A DNA stretch of 64,000 nt, from positions 7,070 to 71,069 of IMG/VR virus record IMGVR_UViG_3300046539_000030; one strand, given 5' to 3'. The notes below the pieces were generated by a model. That model ran no database searches. It was given only the letters and a program-made list of their open reading frames with translations, and was not told the origin of the DNA. Shown here one piece after another: positions 35,042 through 45,800 of this stretch. How positions within the stretch are numbered: position 1 is the stretch's first letter; each line of letters begins with the position of its first letter. The stretch is from a virus. Its lineage: Duplodnaviria > Caudoviricetes. The position numbers were made by a program, and so were the translations under genes.

Positions 35042-36117
35042 CGCTTCCTCACTTCAACAAGCATCTTAACATTGTCAGTCCAAGCTTGGTATTTTGTCGA
35101 CTGTGCCTTAACCTTCAGCGATATCGTTATCGTGCCCGTTGGTGTCACTGCAAAGTTGTCAGAACCAGACAGGGTCACGTCGTACGGTAGAGCTGCACTG
35201 CCGCCCGGGACGGTCACTACATTGCCAGCAGTCCCGCCAACTTCAAAGTACCAGGCCGGGTTATCAACAAGAACCGTTCCAGGACTAGCTGGTTGTGTTG
35301 TTGTCAGCGAACCGCTTACCGAGCAAATAATGACGCAAGATTGAGCAGCGTCATAAGTTAGAGAGGCGACGGTAGTGTACGTCCCCGTATTGAAACCGAT
35401 AGCCCCGCCATCGTTCGTAGCTGCAAAGATGTCATTGACTGCGTCAGGGATCATGTTGCCGCTATCAACTTCCAAGCCTTGTATTTCATCAAGCGCAGGA
35501 ACAAAGTCAATCTTGGTGGTGCCTTTTATAATCATCGCGTTGCGAACTAATATATAAGGCGTGCCTGCGACCGTCGGGATTCGGATCTGCAAGTGGGGTG
35601 AAGTGTAGCCGCTAGTCAACGTGATCGCGTCAAACTTAAAATACGCGACATAGGTTTGCCAGCTTGTCGTAATGACCGGATTTTCTTCTTTGATCAAAGT
35701 CGCCGAAGTAAAGAGATCTCCAGAGTTGCCCCAAGTTAAATAGAACTGAGTTCCGGGTGGTCCGAAAAAAGCCCTTGTTTCAAAACTTAAGACGTAATAC
35801 GTGTGAGGTTGCCAGCCTTCTTCCGGGTCTTGACCGAAAGCAGCATAAGCCGCCGTAGCCGTCGTAATAGGAGGAAGGATGCCGTACCACTCGGTTAAAT
35901 CCCCGCCAATGCTTAGACGATTAACTGTCGGGTTAGTTGTATAGTTTTGCCAACTCTCAACCCAGCTTGTTAGAAACGGGTCTGGATCCCAAATCTTGTG
36001 TTTTCTGAATCTGGAGTTTCTAAAGCCATTAACCTGCGCGAACGGAGTGGTCAAATTGACCATGCGCGGAACTGCCGCTTGCAGCAATACATCGCGAGCA
36101 TTTACAATCGTAGCCAT
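35038..36117 (-). CDS. tail tip/fibre protein
   Basis: 359 aa beta-rich; carbohydrate-binding-module-like pattern. Confidence 0.55.
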   Translation of the reverse strand: MATIVNARDVLLQAAVPRMVNLTTPFAQVNGFRNSRFRKHKIWDPDPFLTSWVESWQNYTTNPTVNRLSIGGDLTEWYGILPPITTATAAYAAFGQDPEEGWQPHTYYVLSFETRAFFGPPGTQFYLTWGNSGDLFTSATLIKEENPVITTSWQTYVAYFKFDAITLTSGYTSPHLQIRIPTVAGTPYILVRNAMIIKGTTKIDFVPALDEIQGLEVDSGNMIPDAVNDIFAATNDGGAIGFNTGTYTTVASLTYDAAQSCVIICSVSGSLTTTQPASPGTVLVDNPAWYFEVGGTAGNVVTVPGGSAALPYDVTLSGSDNFAVTPTGTITISLKVKAQSTKYQAWTDNVKMLVEVRKR

Positions 36118-37628
36118 TAGATAAGCACCTCAATGTCAACCTTTGCTGTAATCCAGTCAGTGCTAATGGAAATAATCTGACCCTTCACGCCTGTCCACAA
36201 TCCGTAACGGCTGTGAGTTATGGTTTGCCCGGCACCAAGCTCTTGAAGCAAAAGGTGGCGCATTCCATCGTAGCGAAGAACTTTGCGCTGCACCTTGAAC
36301 ATATTCAAACGACGCGTAGCTTCAGCAGCCGCATCACTAGCTGTGAGCAACTGAGTCTGGATCATTTCCGGGTCTGAAAACTGTTTGTACGTGAGCGCAA
36401 TTGTGTAATCTTTCTGCGCTGTCTCTAACCATTCACGGGCAAATAAGTCAATATGTTCTTGCGGGATACCTGTTTGCAGACCAGTCTGAACAGTGTAGTT
36501 CTTGCAGTAGCCAATTTTCACAGCAGCTACGACCGGGGGCATTGACGCCATGGCAAGGCTCATCTCTGCCATGTCTTTTGGCCCAATGTTTGTGGTACTG
36601 ACTACATTGACAGGGTCAAGCTTTACAATGCGCATCTTACCGGCACGACTCATAGTTACTTGAGCGCCAATGCTCGCGGCAAGCCTGTTGCAAACCTCAA
36701 GCGTATTTTCTCTATCTTTGCAGTAGATGCCGACGGCTTGCGTGTTGGCAGCGTCAAAGGTGGCAAGCTGCGTTTCGTCCAGGTCTGCCGTTGTGAACTT
36801 GCCAGCCAAGTAACCTGACGCCGCAGTGCCGTGGCCGTAACGGGTTACAATGCGCCTGATGATTTGTGTGACGCGGTTGCTATAAGATACCGTTGTACCG
36901 TCAATATCACGCTTGTCGCCTTGGGCGCTGCAAGTAATTGTTCCAACGGGAGCGTTGAGCAGTCTAAACTTTCCTGATATAGCGGTCTGCGTATATTGTA
37001 CAGGCACGCCGTTGTCGCGCACTTCAAAGACCCCTTCAATGGGGCCGTTGTGAACTTGATATTCGTTTGTTACAGGGTCAACCAATAGCGGGGAGATATT
37101 GTGGCATTCACCGAACAGCAAGGGGATTAGCTGATCTTTGTTGGCGGTTGAGCCGCCTAGCGGGGTTTCGCTAATTGGCGCGTTTAGACGTTGCAGCTTA
37201 TCTGACAGCTTTAAGTTGATACGGTTGCGTGAGCGTGAATCAACTCCTGTGACCACACCACTATAGACCGTGCGGTAGTCCGAACGCGCCCAGCGCATGT
37301 CGCCGATAAAGATTGTGATTGGTTGCCCGGCCCAAACATAGTTCAGCCAATTGTCGAATTCGCCGCCAAGGTTATACAGTTCAATGTCGCCGTAAGACAT
37401 TGATACTCGTCCGTCAATTGAAATAGATTCGTTGAAGCTAACACCGCCAGCAATCATTGGCAGGTAGGCTCTGTTGGCTGGTGTGTCAGTTGGTGAGGTA
37501 GTAAAGCCAGTTGTCGATAAATACAACGTGGTTTGGATGCCACCGGCAACGACCCCAACCTCAACGAGGATAGCACGGATTGCGATATCCTCGTTACCCA
37601 GCCAGTTATTGAATTGCGTGTCGTTCAT
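36117..37628 (-). CDS. tail hub/baseplate-like protein
   Basis: 503 aa directly after the tape measure gene; IPLLFGECHNISP. Confidence 0.65.
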   Translation of the reverse strand: MNDTQFNNWLGNEDIAIRAILVEVGVVAGGIQTTLYLSTTGFTTSPTDTPANRAYLPMIAGGVSFNESISIDGRVSMSYGDIELYNLGGEFDNWLNYVWAGQPITIFIGDMRWARSDYRTVYSGVVTGVDSRSRNRINLKLSDKLQRLNAPISETPLGGSTANKDQLIPLLFGECHNISPLLVDPVTNEYQVHNGPIEGVFEVRDNGVPVQYTQTAISGKFRLLNAPVGTITCSAQGDKRDIDGTTVSYSNRVTQIIRRIVTRYGHGTAASGYLAGKFTTADLDETQLATFDAANTQAVGIYCKDRENTLEVCNRLAASIGAQVTMSRAGKMRIVKLDPVNVVSTTNIGPKDMAEMSLAMASMPPVVAAVKIGYCKNYTVQTGLQTGIPQEHIDLFAREWLETAQKDYTIALTYKQFSDPEMIQTQLLTASDAAAEATRRLNMFKVQRKVLRYDGMRHLLLQELGAGQTITHSRYGLWTGVKGQIISISTDWITAKVDIEVLI

Positions 37629-37629
37629 G

Positions 37630-40600
37630 TTAGCTCAGGGTTGGTTTGATTGCGTCTTTCCTTGCGGCTTTGCTTATGCATTCGTCCAGTCCTTCAACAA
37701 CCGTGCTTGCGTTACGGTCGCTGGCGTCGTAGTTCGAAACAACCAAACGGGCGGTCTGGTCACGCTGTTCCTCTTTCAACTGCCTGACTTCTTCACGCAG
37801 TCCTCTAATTTCCTGGACAAGAGCTTCGTTAGCTCCCTTGCCGTAAGAGCTCAGATTTGTATTATACGCACTGTTCTCTTGAGAAGTCAATACGCGTTCA
37901 CCTTGATGCAACTCTGCACGGTAGCCGTCAAATGGTACATAAGACAATCCGCTTGCATGAACACCGTCAAGGTGAGCTACACCGCTGTCGCCAGGCAAGA
38001 CACCTCCGGTCATCTTCAAGAAGCTATAGTTTGAAATTGCTTCAGCAATCGTCTTAGTATTCTCTTCAACACCAAGCAAGTGATCGACAGTTGACTTCAA
38101 GTAGCTTAACGACTGTTCTGCCGTAGTCTCTTGGTTCGCAGCCATGTCCTTCTGCCGTGCAATGTCGGTCATTACCTGATTGTAGTCAGTATTGTAGCCT
38201 TGACCCGAAGCATTGAACTGCTTTGACAGCTCGAGGAACTGAGTTGCCTTGGCCTGATAATCCTGCATTGCATCTCGGTCACCGCTTTGCGCAAGCGCAG
38301 AGACTCTCATCATCTCCATCTTGGCAACAGTGTACTTGTCTGCCGTGTTAAGCGGGGACAGGTCGCCCATTGTCAGGTCGTCACGTAGCTGGGTCAGCGA
38401 ATCGCCAAACGCGCCGAATGCATCCCGCAGTTCACCAAGGCGGGTGGCTTCTTTGTCGTACGAATCTTCAAGGTCTGCTCGGGCCTTCGCAACTCTGTCT
38501 GCTGCTTCCTCAGCTGCCTTAGAGCCATCCTCAGTCACTTTGTACAGTTCGGCAAACGCGTCGGAAAGCATCATGACCTGCACACCAATCATCTGGCCCT
38601 TTTCGCCAGAGTGCATAAGTGCGTCCACGAGCTCTTTAAACCCCTCCATGCTGGTAGGCAGATCCATGCCAAGTCGGGCAAACTGCTCGCCGAGTATTTG
38701 AGCCTTCTGCACCTTCTGCTCAGCTTCGGTGAACATGTTTTCCATGTAAGTTGACAGCGCACTGTTCAAACCATCAATGCTACCAGCACCACGAAGCGCG
38801 CCAAAGGTCACTTCGCGACCCAGACCGGCAGCGTCCATTTTCATACGGGCGTCAACAAGACCTTGATATGAATCAACAATCTCGTCAATGGTGCCGCTCA
38901 TCTTGTCCATGACATCGAACAACGACGTTCCAAACTCGCGCCATTTCAATGTAGCCTTAACAATCTCAGCGCCAACGTCACCTTGCTTGTCGTCAACGTA
39001 GAGGAGCGGCAAGGCTTTAACGCCCAACGTTTCCAGTGCAAACTCTGCAGATTGGATTCCGCTAGCCACACGCATGAAGGTTTCGTAATAACCTTCACCC
39101 ATGCGCTGGAATTCGTCGAGCTGATTGCCCATCAAACCTTTTGCCAGGCTGTCTCCAATACGCGAGAACCAAGCTTGCAAGGTTTCTTCGACCTCCTTGC
39201 CGTCCATGTCTTTCAAGCTCATGAAGCCTACGGTCGTCCACTCACGGAACCAACGATCAACCTCTTTAGGGTCAAAGTGGAAGCTGGCGCTAGCATCGGC
39301 CAAGCTGGTGATCATGTTATCAATAACGTCACCAATAGCTTTGCTGACCGCTGGGTCAACCGCTCCGTATTGCGTGCTCACGGATGTCTTTTTAACCAGA
39401 CCGAACCAACTGCTGGACGTGCGCTGCACATCTGCATATTGCGAAACGCCTTGACCGTTTGCAAGGTCGCCTAGCTTGGCGTTCACGTACAAACCTGCAT
39501 CGGTGATGCTTTGAGTTGTCTTGCCCCACAAGTTTCGCAGAGCACCAATTAAACCGCCACCCTTGTTGATTTGCCCTTCAAAGATTCCCATGTTCTGGCC
39601 TGTGGTGATGCCCGCATTGCGCACCAACACGACCGCCAAGCTACTGATAGAACGGTTGATATCACGCAGGGCGTCCAGCATGTCTGTGTTCTGCCCGAGG
39701 CCTTCCTTAGTGTCTTTCTCAACTTGCTCCAAAGCTTTCAGCAGCGACTCGGACTTAGCTTCGCTGTCACCCATCACCGTGCCTGTGCCCTGGGCTTTCT
39801 GGCGTGCTTCCATGCGAGCTTTACCCATGCCCTGCGAGCCGCTATTGAACCCGCCTCCCACGGCAAAACCCAGCGCCGCCACCGCCGCAGCCATTGCTGC
39901 CATGCGGAAGAAGGCGCTATACGGGTCTCCCTGTGCTTGAGTCAAAACAGCCTTGACCGCCAACTGGCCCATCTCGATTAAGTTCATTGCTAACTGCGCA
40001 GCGTGGAAGGTTTTAGCAATACCGTCCATCATTCTGTAACCAGTGCTGTTCTCCTGGAAGAAGCCTTTAGCTGCGTTTGCCATTGCACCGTAGCCTGCGA
40101 GGTTATTCTGCAGGCTCATTCGGTCAAGCTTATCACGATCTTCAAGGAACTTCACTTGGTCTTTATTGCCGGTGGCCCTTGCAACATCATTGTTCTTATA
40201 CTGCGCAGCAAGCTCGTCCTGGCGATCCATAAAGGCGCCCATAGCATTCGAAAGATCCACAAGTGCGCCCATCGCACCTTTAAAGGCGCCACGCAACGCA
40301 TCACCGAACTTACGAGCCTTAGTTGGATCAAGGAACTTATCCAAGTCTTTCTTAGCCTTATCGCCGACGTTGAAAGCTTCAATACCTGCCAATGCCGCAG
40401 CGTTCTTTTTCTTGGCAGCAATCAAAGCTTCCAGCTTTTCAGTTTCAGCCGTGCATAGACCAATGCTGTTCATTTGCGCAAGTTGCTCTTCCATGCGAGC
40501 AATAGTCATTTCTTCAGTCACGGACTTGCCTTCTCGCAATTGCGAAAGTTTAAGTTCGTTTGTGGCAGCTTCTTTCTCTGCGCTTTCAATTGCCTTAGTG

Positions 40601-43005
40601 TTTGCTGTTCCCAATGCGGTAGCCTGCTTGACGCGTTCTTCGATAAGCTTAGCGTCGTCTTTGGCAAGCTGAATTTTTTTCTCAATAGCGCGAGCAACAT
40701 CTAAATCGCTATAAGCTAAAGCTTTTTGAGCTTCGTTCAAGGTAAGCTTACCTGATGCCAAATCTTGGTCAAGTTTGATCTGCATACGTTGAACTCTGGT
40801 AGCGTTTTCACCAGTTGCAGATTCTAGCTTAAGTTCTTCACGTACAGCCTTAATCGACGAGATCAATTGATCGTAAGCTGTGATCTTTTCGGATGTAGGA
40901 TCTTTGTCTACCTTGCTCGCAGTGTGGGTGGCTTGTTTGATCTTGTAAAGTTCTTCTTCAGTCTTTTGCTGTTCGCGTGAAGTTTGAATTGCTTTCTTGC
41001 GATTTGCGCCTTCAACGTCAATTTCATAGTTGAGCTGTTCTTGCAGCTTGACTAACTTCGCTTGGTCTGCTTGTTTTTGCTTGTCGTCTGCTTTCCCACC
41101 AAAGACCTTGATAGCATCATAATCTTTTGATTGGATAGCTTTGATCTGGGTCTGAATGCTTACAATCTTTTCAGCTTGTGTTTGAGCACGACCATAGCCC
41201 ATCAGCGCATCCATAGCTCCGCTAATAGCCTTCTTAATTCCATCCCAAGCTTTTTCAATGTAGCCGAGGTTTTTCTCAGCTTCTTTTGAGCGGTCGTCCA
41301 AAGCTTTTGACCACACCCTCATGGCTTCGTTGGACGCACCAATTTGGTCGCCATGCAGCTCCAATGAACGAATGTGCTTGTACACTTCAACTGTCAAGAA
41401 GTGGTATTGGTCGTTAAGCTTTAACAGATTGTTTGAAATCTGGTCGGAGAATTTATTCAGCCGCCCGCCTGACTGGATAGCTAAACTATCAAAGCTGGCA
41501 ACCATCTTGTCAACGTTTGCACCAGTTGCGTGGCTTACAGATGCAATTGATTTGCTAACCATGTCCATCTGGTCTGCTGTGATACGCCCGCCCTCAGCGA
41601 GCTTCAGCACAATGTCTTTAGCTGTACCAATCGTGACACCTGTGTGAGTAATCTGCTCTGCTAGCGAACGCATGGACGAGGTTGTCTGCCCCGCATAGTC
41701 GCCGGTCATGATGAGGGCGTCAGCAAATTGCTTTTGCTCATGCTGACCTTTAGCGATCGCGTAGGTGAATAAGGCAATCGACCCAACGGCTGCAAGTATG
41801 GCTACACCTATCCCCGAGAAAGCTAAGCTCGCCATGTTGGTGTATTCGGCCAGCACCATCATTGAAGCTGGGATGCGCGAGAAGCGTCCTTGCACAGCTT
41901 CGTGCGCCAGTACGATTATTTCTGAACGAGCGCGTGACGAACTAAAATTAATTTGGTCAATTGCTTCTGCAAAGTTCTTAGCTGAACCGTGGCCAGCTTT
42001 ATGAGCGCGGTCGGTTGTAGCGACAGCCTCCGCATATTCTTTCTGGTATTTGGCCAGGTTTGGTAAGTCTTTGATTGCCGCATTGGAGAACGTCGAGCTA
42101 ACGGTGCTAGGGCTGATTGCCGAGTTGGCTTGATATTGCTTTAGCTTCTCAAGCTCGTCGATCCGCGCCTTAACGGATTTCTTCGACCAAGCAATTTCGT
42201 CAATGGCTTGCTTTTCAGCAGCCTTAGCAGCGTCTGCTGCCATTTGGTCGAGGATACGGTTTGCTTCTTTGCGGTTGTCCGCCATCGCGCGAATGCGCTG
42301 TGCATTCAAGGCAGTGCGGGATGCCTCTTCTTTGGCCAGCTGGTCAAGCCGCGCCTTCTCCATAGCTTCGATTTCTTTTGCTGCCGTCTTACGGTTGTCA
42401 GCTTGGTCTCGGATGCGTTGGGCGTTCAACGCAATAGCAGCTTGGCGCAACTTATCCTCAGCCTCTGCTTGCCGTGCAATCGCAGCAGTCTCCGCTTCAC
42501 GTTCCTTGGTGATACGAGCCAAGTTCTCTTGATAAGCTTTCTGGGCAGCAGTCACGTTCTCCTGCGCTGCCTTTAAACGCGACAGGTTGGCAATTAAAGG
42601 TTCCGCCTGCTTGGCCACACCAGCCAGCTCTGCCTGGTAGCGTAGCAGCTCCTCGCGTCCCATTCCGAACGTTTTGTTAAGCTCGTTCAGTTTGGCGATA
42701 AAGGCGCTCTGTGCCTGTGTCCCAGACTCAAGGGCTTTGTTCGTGTCTTCGATAGCTTGCTTGGCAGCTTGCTCCTCCTTCCAAACGCGGGTGAGGGCTT
42801 GGATCTGGTTCTCATAGTTCTGCTGGGATTGCTTAACCCAATCAGCATTACTCTTCAGGGCCTTATCCAAGCCGTCAAGATGCTTAGCAGTAGTTACTAC
42901 CGCCGAGCCAAACTTGTCAAGGGCTTTTTCGCCATCTGCAAGTGGCTTAGTGTCAACCCCTACGCCTAGGTTGACTATGTCCGTCCCGCTTGGAGTGTTC
43001 GCCAT
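37630..43005 (-). CDS. tail tape measure protein
   Basis: 1791 aa, Ala-rich helical, lambda-TMP-like N-terminal region, follows the chaperones. Confidence 0.92.
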   Translation of the reverse strand: MANTPSGTDIVNLGVGVDTKPLADGEKALDKFGSAVVTTAKHLDGLDKALKSNADWVKQSQQNYENQIQALTRVWKEEQAAKQAIEDTNKALESGTQAQSAFIAKLNELNKTFGMGREELLRYQAELAGVAKQAEPLIANLSRLKAAQENVTAAQKAYQENLARITKEREAETAAIARQAEAEDKLRQAAIALNAQRIRDQADNRKTAAKEIEAMEKARLDQLAKEEASRTALNAQRIRAMADNRKEANRILDQMAADAAKAAEKQAIDEIAWSKKSVKARIDELEKLKQYQANSAISPSTVSSTFSNAAIKDLPNLAKYQKEYAEAVATTDRAHKAGHGSAKNFAEAIDQINFSSSRARSEIIVLAHEAVQGRFSRIPASMMVLAEYTNMASLAFSGIGVAILAAVGSIALFTYAIAKGQHEQKQFADALIMTGDYAGQTTSSMRSLAEQITHTGVTIGTAKDIVLKLAEGGRITADQMDMVSKSIASVSHATGANVDKMVASFDSLAIQSGGRLNKFSDQISNNLLKLNDQYHFLTVEVYKHIRSLELHGDQIGASNEAMRVWSKALDDRSKEAEKNLGYIEKAWDGIKKAISGAMDALMGYGRAQTQAEKIVSIQTQIKAIQSKDYDAIKVFGGKADDKQKQADQAKLVKLQEQLNYEIDVEGANRKKAIQTSREQQKTEEELYKIKQATHTASKVDKDPTSEKITAYDQLISSIKAVREELKLESATGENATRVQRMQIKLDQDLASGKLTLNEAQKALAYSDLDVARAIEKKIQLAKDDAKLIEERVKQATALGTANTKAIESAEKEAATNELKLSQLREGKSVTEEMTIARMEEQLAQMNSIGLCTAETEKLEALIAAKKKNAAALAGIEAFNVGDKAKKDLDKFLDPTKARKFGDALRGAFKGAMGALVDLSNAMGAFMDRQDELAAQYKNNDVARATGNKDQVKFLEDRDKLDRMSLQNNLAGYGAMANAAKGFFQENSTGYRMMDGIAKTFHAAQLAMNLIEMGQLAVKAVLTQAQGDPYSAFFRMAAMAAAVAALGFAVGGGFNSGSQGMGKARMEARQKAQGTGTVMGDSEAKSESLLKALEQVEKDTKEGLGQNTDMLDALRDINRSISSLAVVLVRNAGITTGQNMGIFEGQINKGGGLIGALRNLWGKTTQSITDAGLYVNAKLGDLANGQGVSQYADVQRTSSSWFGLVKKTSVSTQYGAVDPAVSKAIGDVIDNMITSLADASASFHFDPKEVDRWFREWTTVGFMSLKDMDGKEVEETLQAWFSRIGDSLAKGLMGNQLDEFQRMGEGYYETFMRVASGIQSAEFALETLGVKALPLLYVDDKQGDVGAEIVKATLKWREFGTSLFDVMDKMSGTIDEIVDSYQGLVDARMKMDAAGLGREVTFGALRGAGSIDGLNSALSTYMENMFTEAEQKVQKAQILGEQFARLGMDLPTSMEGFKELVDALMHSGEKGQMIGVQVMMLSDAFAELYKVTEDGSKAAEEAADRVAKARADLEDSYDKEATRLGELRDAFGAFGDSLTQLRDDLTMGDLSPLNTADKYTVAKMEMMRVSALAQSGDRDAMQDYQAKATQFLELSKQFNASGQGYNTDYNQVMTDIARQKDMAANQETTAEQSLSYLKSTVDHLLGVEENTKTIAEAISNYSFLKMTGGVLPGDSGVAHLDGVHASGLSYVPFDGYRAELHQGERVLTSQENSAYNTNLSSYGKGANEALVQEIRGLREEVRQLKEEQRDQTARLVVSNYDASDRNASTVVEGLDECISKAARKDAIKPTLS

Positions 43006-43390
43006 TTTTGTCTTTGGAATTTGAGTAAGTCATATAGGCCACGTCGATTGCTCGCAAAGCCCGTCTTTCAAATGGCAAAAGTTTTATACCCATTCCTTCA
43101 GCCCAGAAGGTTATCTCCTGATGGGTAATTGGACCAATCGACATGCCATTAACCCTTGTCGAGTCCAACTCGTGAAACCAACTCCAAATATATTCTACTT
43201 CATACGGGCAGTAACGTTCTTCAGGGACTTCATCAAAAGTCTGATCCGTAATAACAAGGGAGGCGAAACAGCTTTTCTTTGCAACATCAACATGATCCTG
43301 AGTTGTTGCTCCGTCAGACTGCTTGCCTCCCCAATAGAATTTGTATTCCGCAAACTCTACAAGATCCCGAATCAGACCTTCATAAAATTT
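42953..43390 (-). CDS. tail assembly chaperone, -1 frameshift extension
   Basis: Slippery A AAT TTT at 43390-43384; -1 frame open from there to 42953. Confidence 0.75.
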   Translation of the reverse strand, partial: KFYEGLIRDLVEFAEYKFYWGGKQSDGATTQDHVDVAKKSCFASLVITDQTFDEVPEERYCPYEVEYIWSWFHELDSTRVNGMSIGPITHQEITFWAEGMGIKLLPFERRALRAIDVAYMTYSNSKDKNGEHSKRDGHSQPRRRG

Positions 43391-43812
43391 GCATCATTTT
43401 CCAAAGCGGCACTGATAGCAGTCTGCCAGGTCGGGAATGCGGTCAACATCTTGTCCACCACTGCTTTGTCGAATGACAGAGGCTCGCCACCTTTGAGGAA
43501 GCCAAACCAGTCAACGACCACTGCGGAAACAATCGTCTTCTCGTTCGACATAACGGTGCGGGAGATTATCTTCGCGCCTTCGTCAGTGCTTGCATCCACC
43601 TGCTTGTTACGCTTGGCTGCGCGCTTGATGTTTTCAGCGCGGACAGAGTTGTTCGCCTCTTGATACTGTGGGCTATTCTTACCCACGATAAGGAAACCGG
43701 AAACTGGTTCGCCGTCGTCATTGAACACGACGCCAACTTTGTGAGTCGCCTGAACAACATCAACGTTGTTCATGTTGTCGATGTCAAAACCTTGTACTTG
43801 TGCTTGAGTCAT
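43372..43812 (-). CDS. tail assembly chaperone
   Basis: Between the major tail and tape measure genes; ends ...ANFMKV at the slippery site. Confidence 0.8.
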   Translation of the reverse strand: MTQAQVQGFDIDNMNNVDVVQATHKVGVVFNDDGEPVSGFLIVGKNSPQYQEANNSVRAENIKRAAKRNKQVDASTDEGAKIISRTVMSNEKTIVSAVVVDWFGFLKGGEPLSFDKAVVDKMLTAFPTWQTAISAALENDANFMKV

Positions 43813-43835
43813 ATTATATCCTGCTATAGTGGTTT

Positions 43836-43864
43836 AAAAAACCTCCCGGTTATCAGCCGGGAGG
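43836..43864 (-). terminator. rho-independent terminator
   Basis: CCTCCCGG/CCGGGAGG stem followed by a U-tract on the minus strand, after the major tail gene. Confidence 0.7.
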
Positions 43865-43908
43865 AAAGCACAGGGTGAGGAGTCACCGACACCCTGATCG
43901 TTCGCGCA

Positions 43909-45135
43909 TTACACGTATGCGCTATCCTGAATTGCAATGGTGCCGGTGAAAGTGCCAGCAGCTCCCGACGGATTTTCCAGTGCAGTGAACGGCATGGTCA
44001 TAACCAGACCTTTTTCACCGTCATCTTTTGCTGCGCCACCCATCTTCACACGCGGCATTGTGATCGCCATGAAGTCTGCGGTCGCCGTGGTGCCGGTCGC
44101 AAACGCTGCAACGATCGAGACTTCCGTCTCGTTGATGAAGTAATCGCGGAAGGTTGCATTTTGCAGCAACACAGTCGCATTGCCGGACACGGTGATGGAG
44201 CCAGGGAACACGTCTGGTTCAGCGTTGGAACCAACGACGCCACCGATAGTAGTGTGGCCACCAGACACGCTGATATCCAAACCAGTGACCAAGCCCACGG
44301 CGGCGCCTGCAATGTACAGAACGCCGCTTGCCGCAGCCAGTGCCGAACCGGACGTTGCAGCGGTAGGCGTCAGGAAGTATCCGGTCGCCGTGTTGGTCAT
44401 GGTTGCATTCAAACCCATGATACCGAAGTCAACTGTTGCCAGGCCAGTTGCAGGCAGCTTGATATCCATTTGAGAAACGACGCAATCGGTAAAGACTTCA
44501 GACTCTTGGATATCGCTGAAGTAATGTTCGATAGAGTAGTAATCGCGGGTATGCGAAGCGGACGCCGCTTGAGTGGTTTTACCCACTTCCAGGCAAGTCA
44601 CAGAGTCACCAAGAACCTTGGTTGCAACTGCGACACCGTCAAGACGGGCAACGGTCATCACTGTTGCGGTCAACGCAATGATGAGCATGTTGGTGGAGTT
44701 GTTGGTGGTGGCGGTAGTCGTCCAACCAGTCCAGCGAACAACTTTACCGATACGGAAGCCGTCGGTGATGAACGAGCCAGACGAACGGGTGAACGTACCC
44801 AGCGCGCCCGACGTGGTTGCAGCCGCGACGGTAGCAATTGCGCCAGTAGTTGAAGCAGTCTGTGCAAGCTGGCGCAGCATGGACTCAACAAACGACTGGT
44901 ACGAACCAACGGACAGTTCGCCGCTGATATTACCTGCGACGCTGACCACACCATGACGCATGTCAGCTACCTGCTGGGACGGGCGAATTTCAGACGACTG
45001 GTAGGTCGCTTTGTTCTTGTCCAAGCTGGATTGAGTACGACGCAGATACTGCGCACTGCCCGTCGTTGCAATGGTGCCGAGTGCAGATTGCTTTTTGAAG
45101 ACTAGGCGCTTATTTACGCCAGTTGCGATAACCAT
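43909..45135 (-). CDS. major tail tube protein
   Basis: SSEIRPSQQ, GNISGELS, YSIEHYFSDI, ITMPRVK; position. Confidence 0.85.
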   Translation of the reverse strand: MVIATGVNKRLVFKKQSALGTIATTGSAQYLRRTQSSLDKNKATYQSSEIRPSQQVADMRHGVVSVAGNISGELSVGSYQSFVESMLRQLAQTASTTGAIATVAAATTSGALGTFTRSSGSFITDGFRIGKVVRWTGWTTTATTNNSTNMLIIALTATVMTVARLDGVAVATKVLGDSVTCLEVGKTTQAASASHTRDYYSIEHYFSDIQESEVFTDCVVSQMDIKLPATGLATVDFGIMGLNATMTNTATGYFLTPTAATSGSALAAASGVLYIAGAAVGLVTGLDISVSGGHTTIGGVVGSNAEPDVFPGSITVSGNATVLLQNATFRDYFINETEVSIVAAFATGTTATADFMAITMPRVKMGGAAKDDGEKGLVMTMPFTALENPSGAAGTFTGTIAIQDSAYV

Positions 45136-45152
45136 GATTTACCTCACTAAGT

Positions 45153-45800
45153 TTAATTGAAGATTTCTGCCCTGTACGGAATCATCACGGCCATCGCAAA
45201 AGTTTCACTTTCCACGAGCCCAGGAAGGATTGCCGGCGTTTTGTCTATATTTACTACTACTCCACCATTACTGAACGAAGCTCCCCTCGGGAACGTTGAC
45301 CTAATCAACTCTGCTCGTGTAACAACGTCTACTGTGCCCATGTTGGTTGGATAATACAAGCTGACTTGCAAATACCCATGTTCACGATAATGACTCGTGC
45401 CCAATGTTGAATTAATGGGGGTTGCGTACAAGACGTTGACTTTTTGGTAGGGAACCCCGGCAACGGGTTCAAACGCAACCCCTTCCCACGCTATTAGCTT
45501 AGGGGTTAAAACCCCGCCTGTACCGCTTGCCGTGCTTGCTATGGGGGTTTTTGTTACCTTGTTTTGTAAGCTAAAAGTAGTATCTGTCAGCTTAACAAAA
45601 TAATACGTGCCATCAAGCAAAACTTCAGAGTGCCCGCTAATACCAACGGTCACACCTGACTCTAAAAGATGTGGGGTGGCTGTCTCGAAAACCGCAGCAG
45701 TCGAACTCGCAGTTGATGCAACAATAGTCACAGGCAACACAATGCCCGGCATGGCGGCAACCGCTTGTTCCAACGCTGCGCGAACTTTAATCAGCGACAC
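45153..45800 (-). CDS. tail terminator with inserted beta-domain
   Basis: RAALEQ...IAWEGVAFEP..PYQ..GYLQVSLYYP terminator pattern interrupted by ~75 aa. Confidence 0.7.
   Translation of the reverse strand: MSLIKVRAALEQAVAAMPGIVLPVTIVASTASSTAAVFETATPHLLESGVTVGISGHSEVLLDGTYYFVKLTDTTFSLQNKVTKTPIASTASGTGGVLTPKLIAWEGVAFEPVAGVPYQKVNVLYATPINSTLGTSHYREHGYLQVSLYYPTNMGTVDVVTRAELIRSTFPRGASFSNGGVVVNIDKTPAILPGLVESETFAMAVMIPYRAEIFN
45485..45583. other. GA/TC-free island F (inside the tail terminator CDS)
   Basis: 99 nt with no GA or TC; shares the exact 15-mer TTGCCGTGCTTGCTA with island E. Confidence 0.8.

Noticed and set aside
32509-37628. Diversity-generating retroelement targeting tail fibre genes
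   Set aside because: No reverse transcriptase ORF and no template/variable repeat pair differing at adenines was seen.
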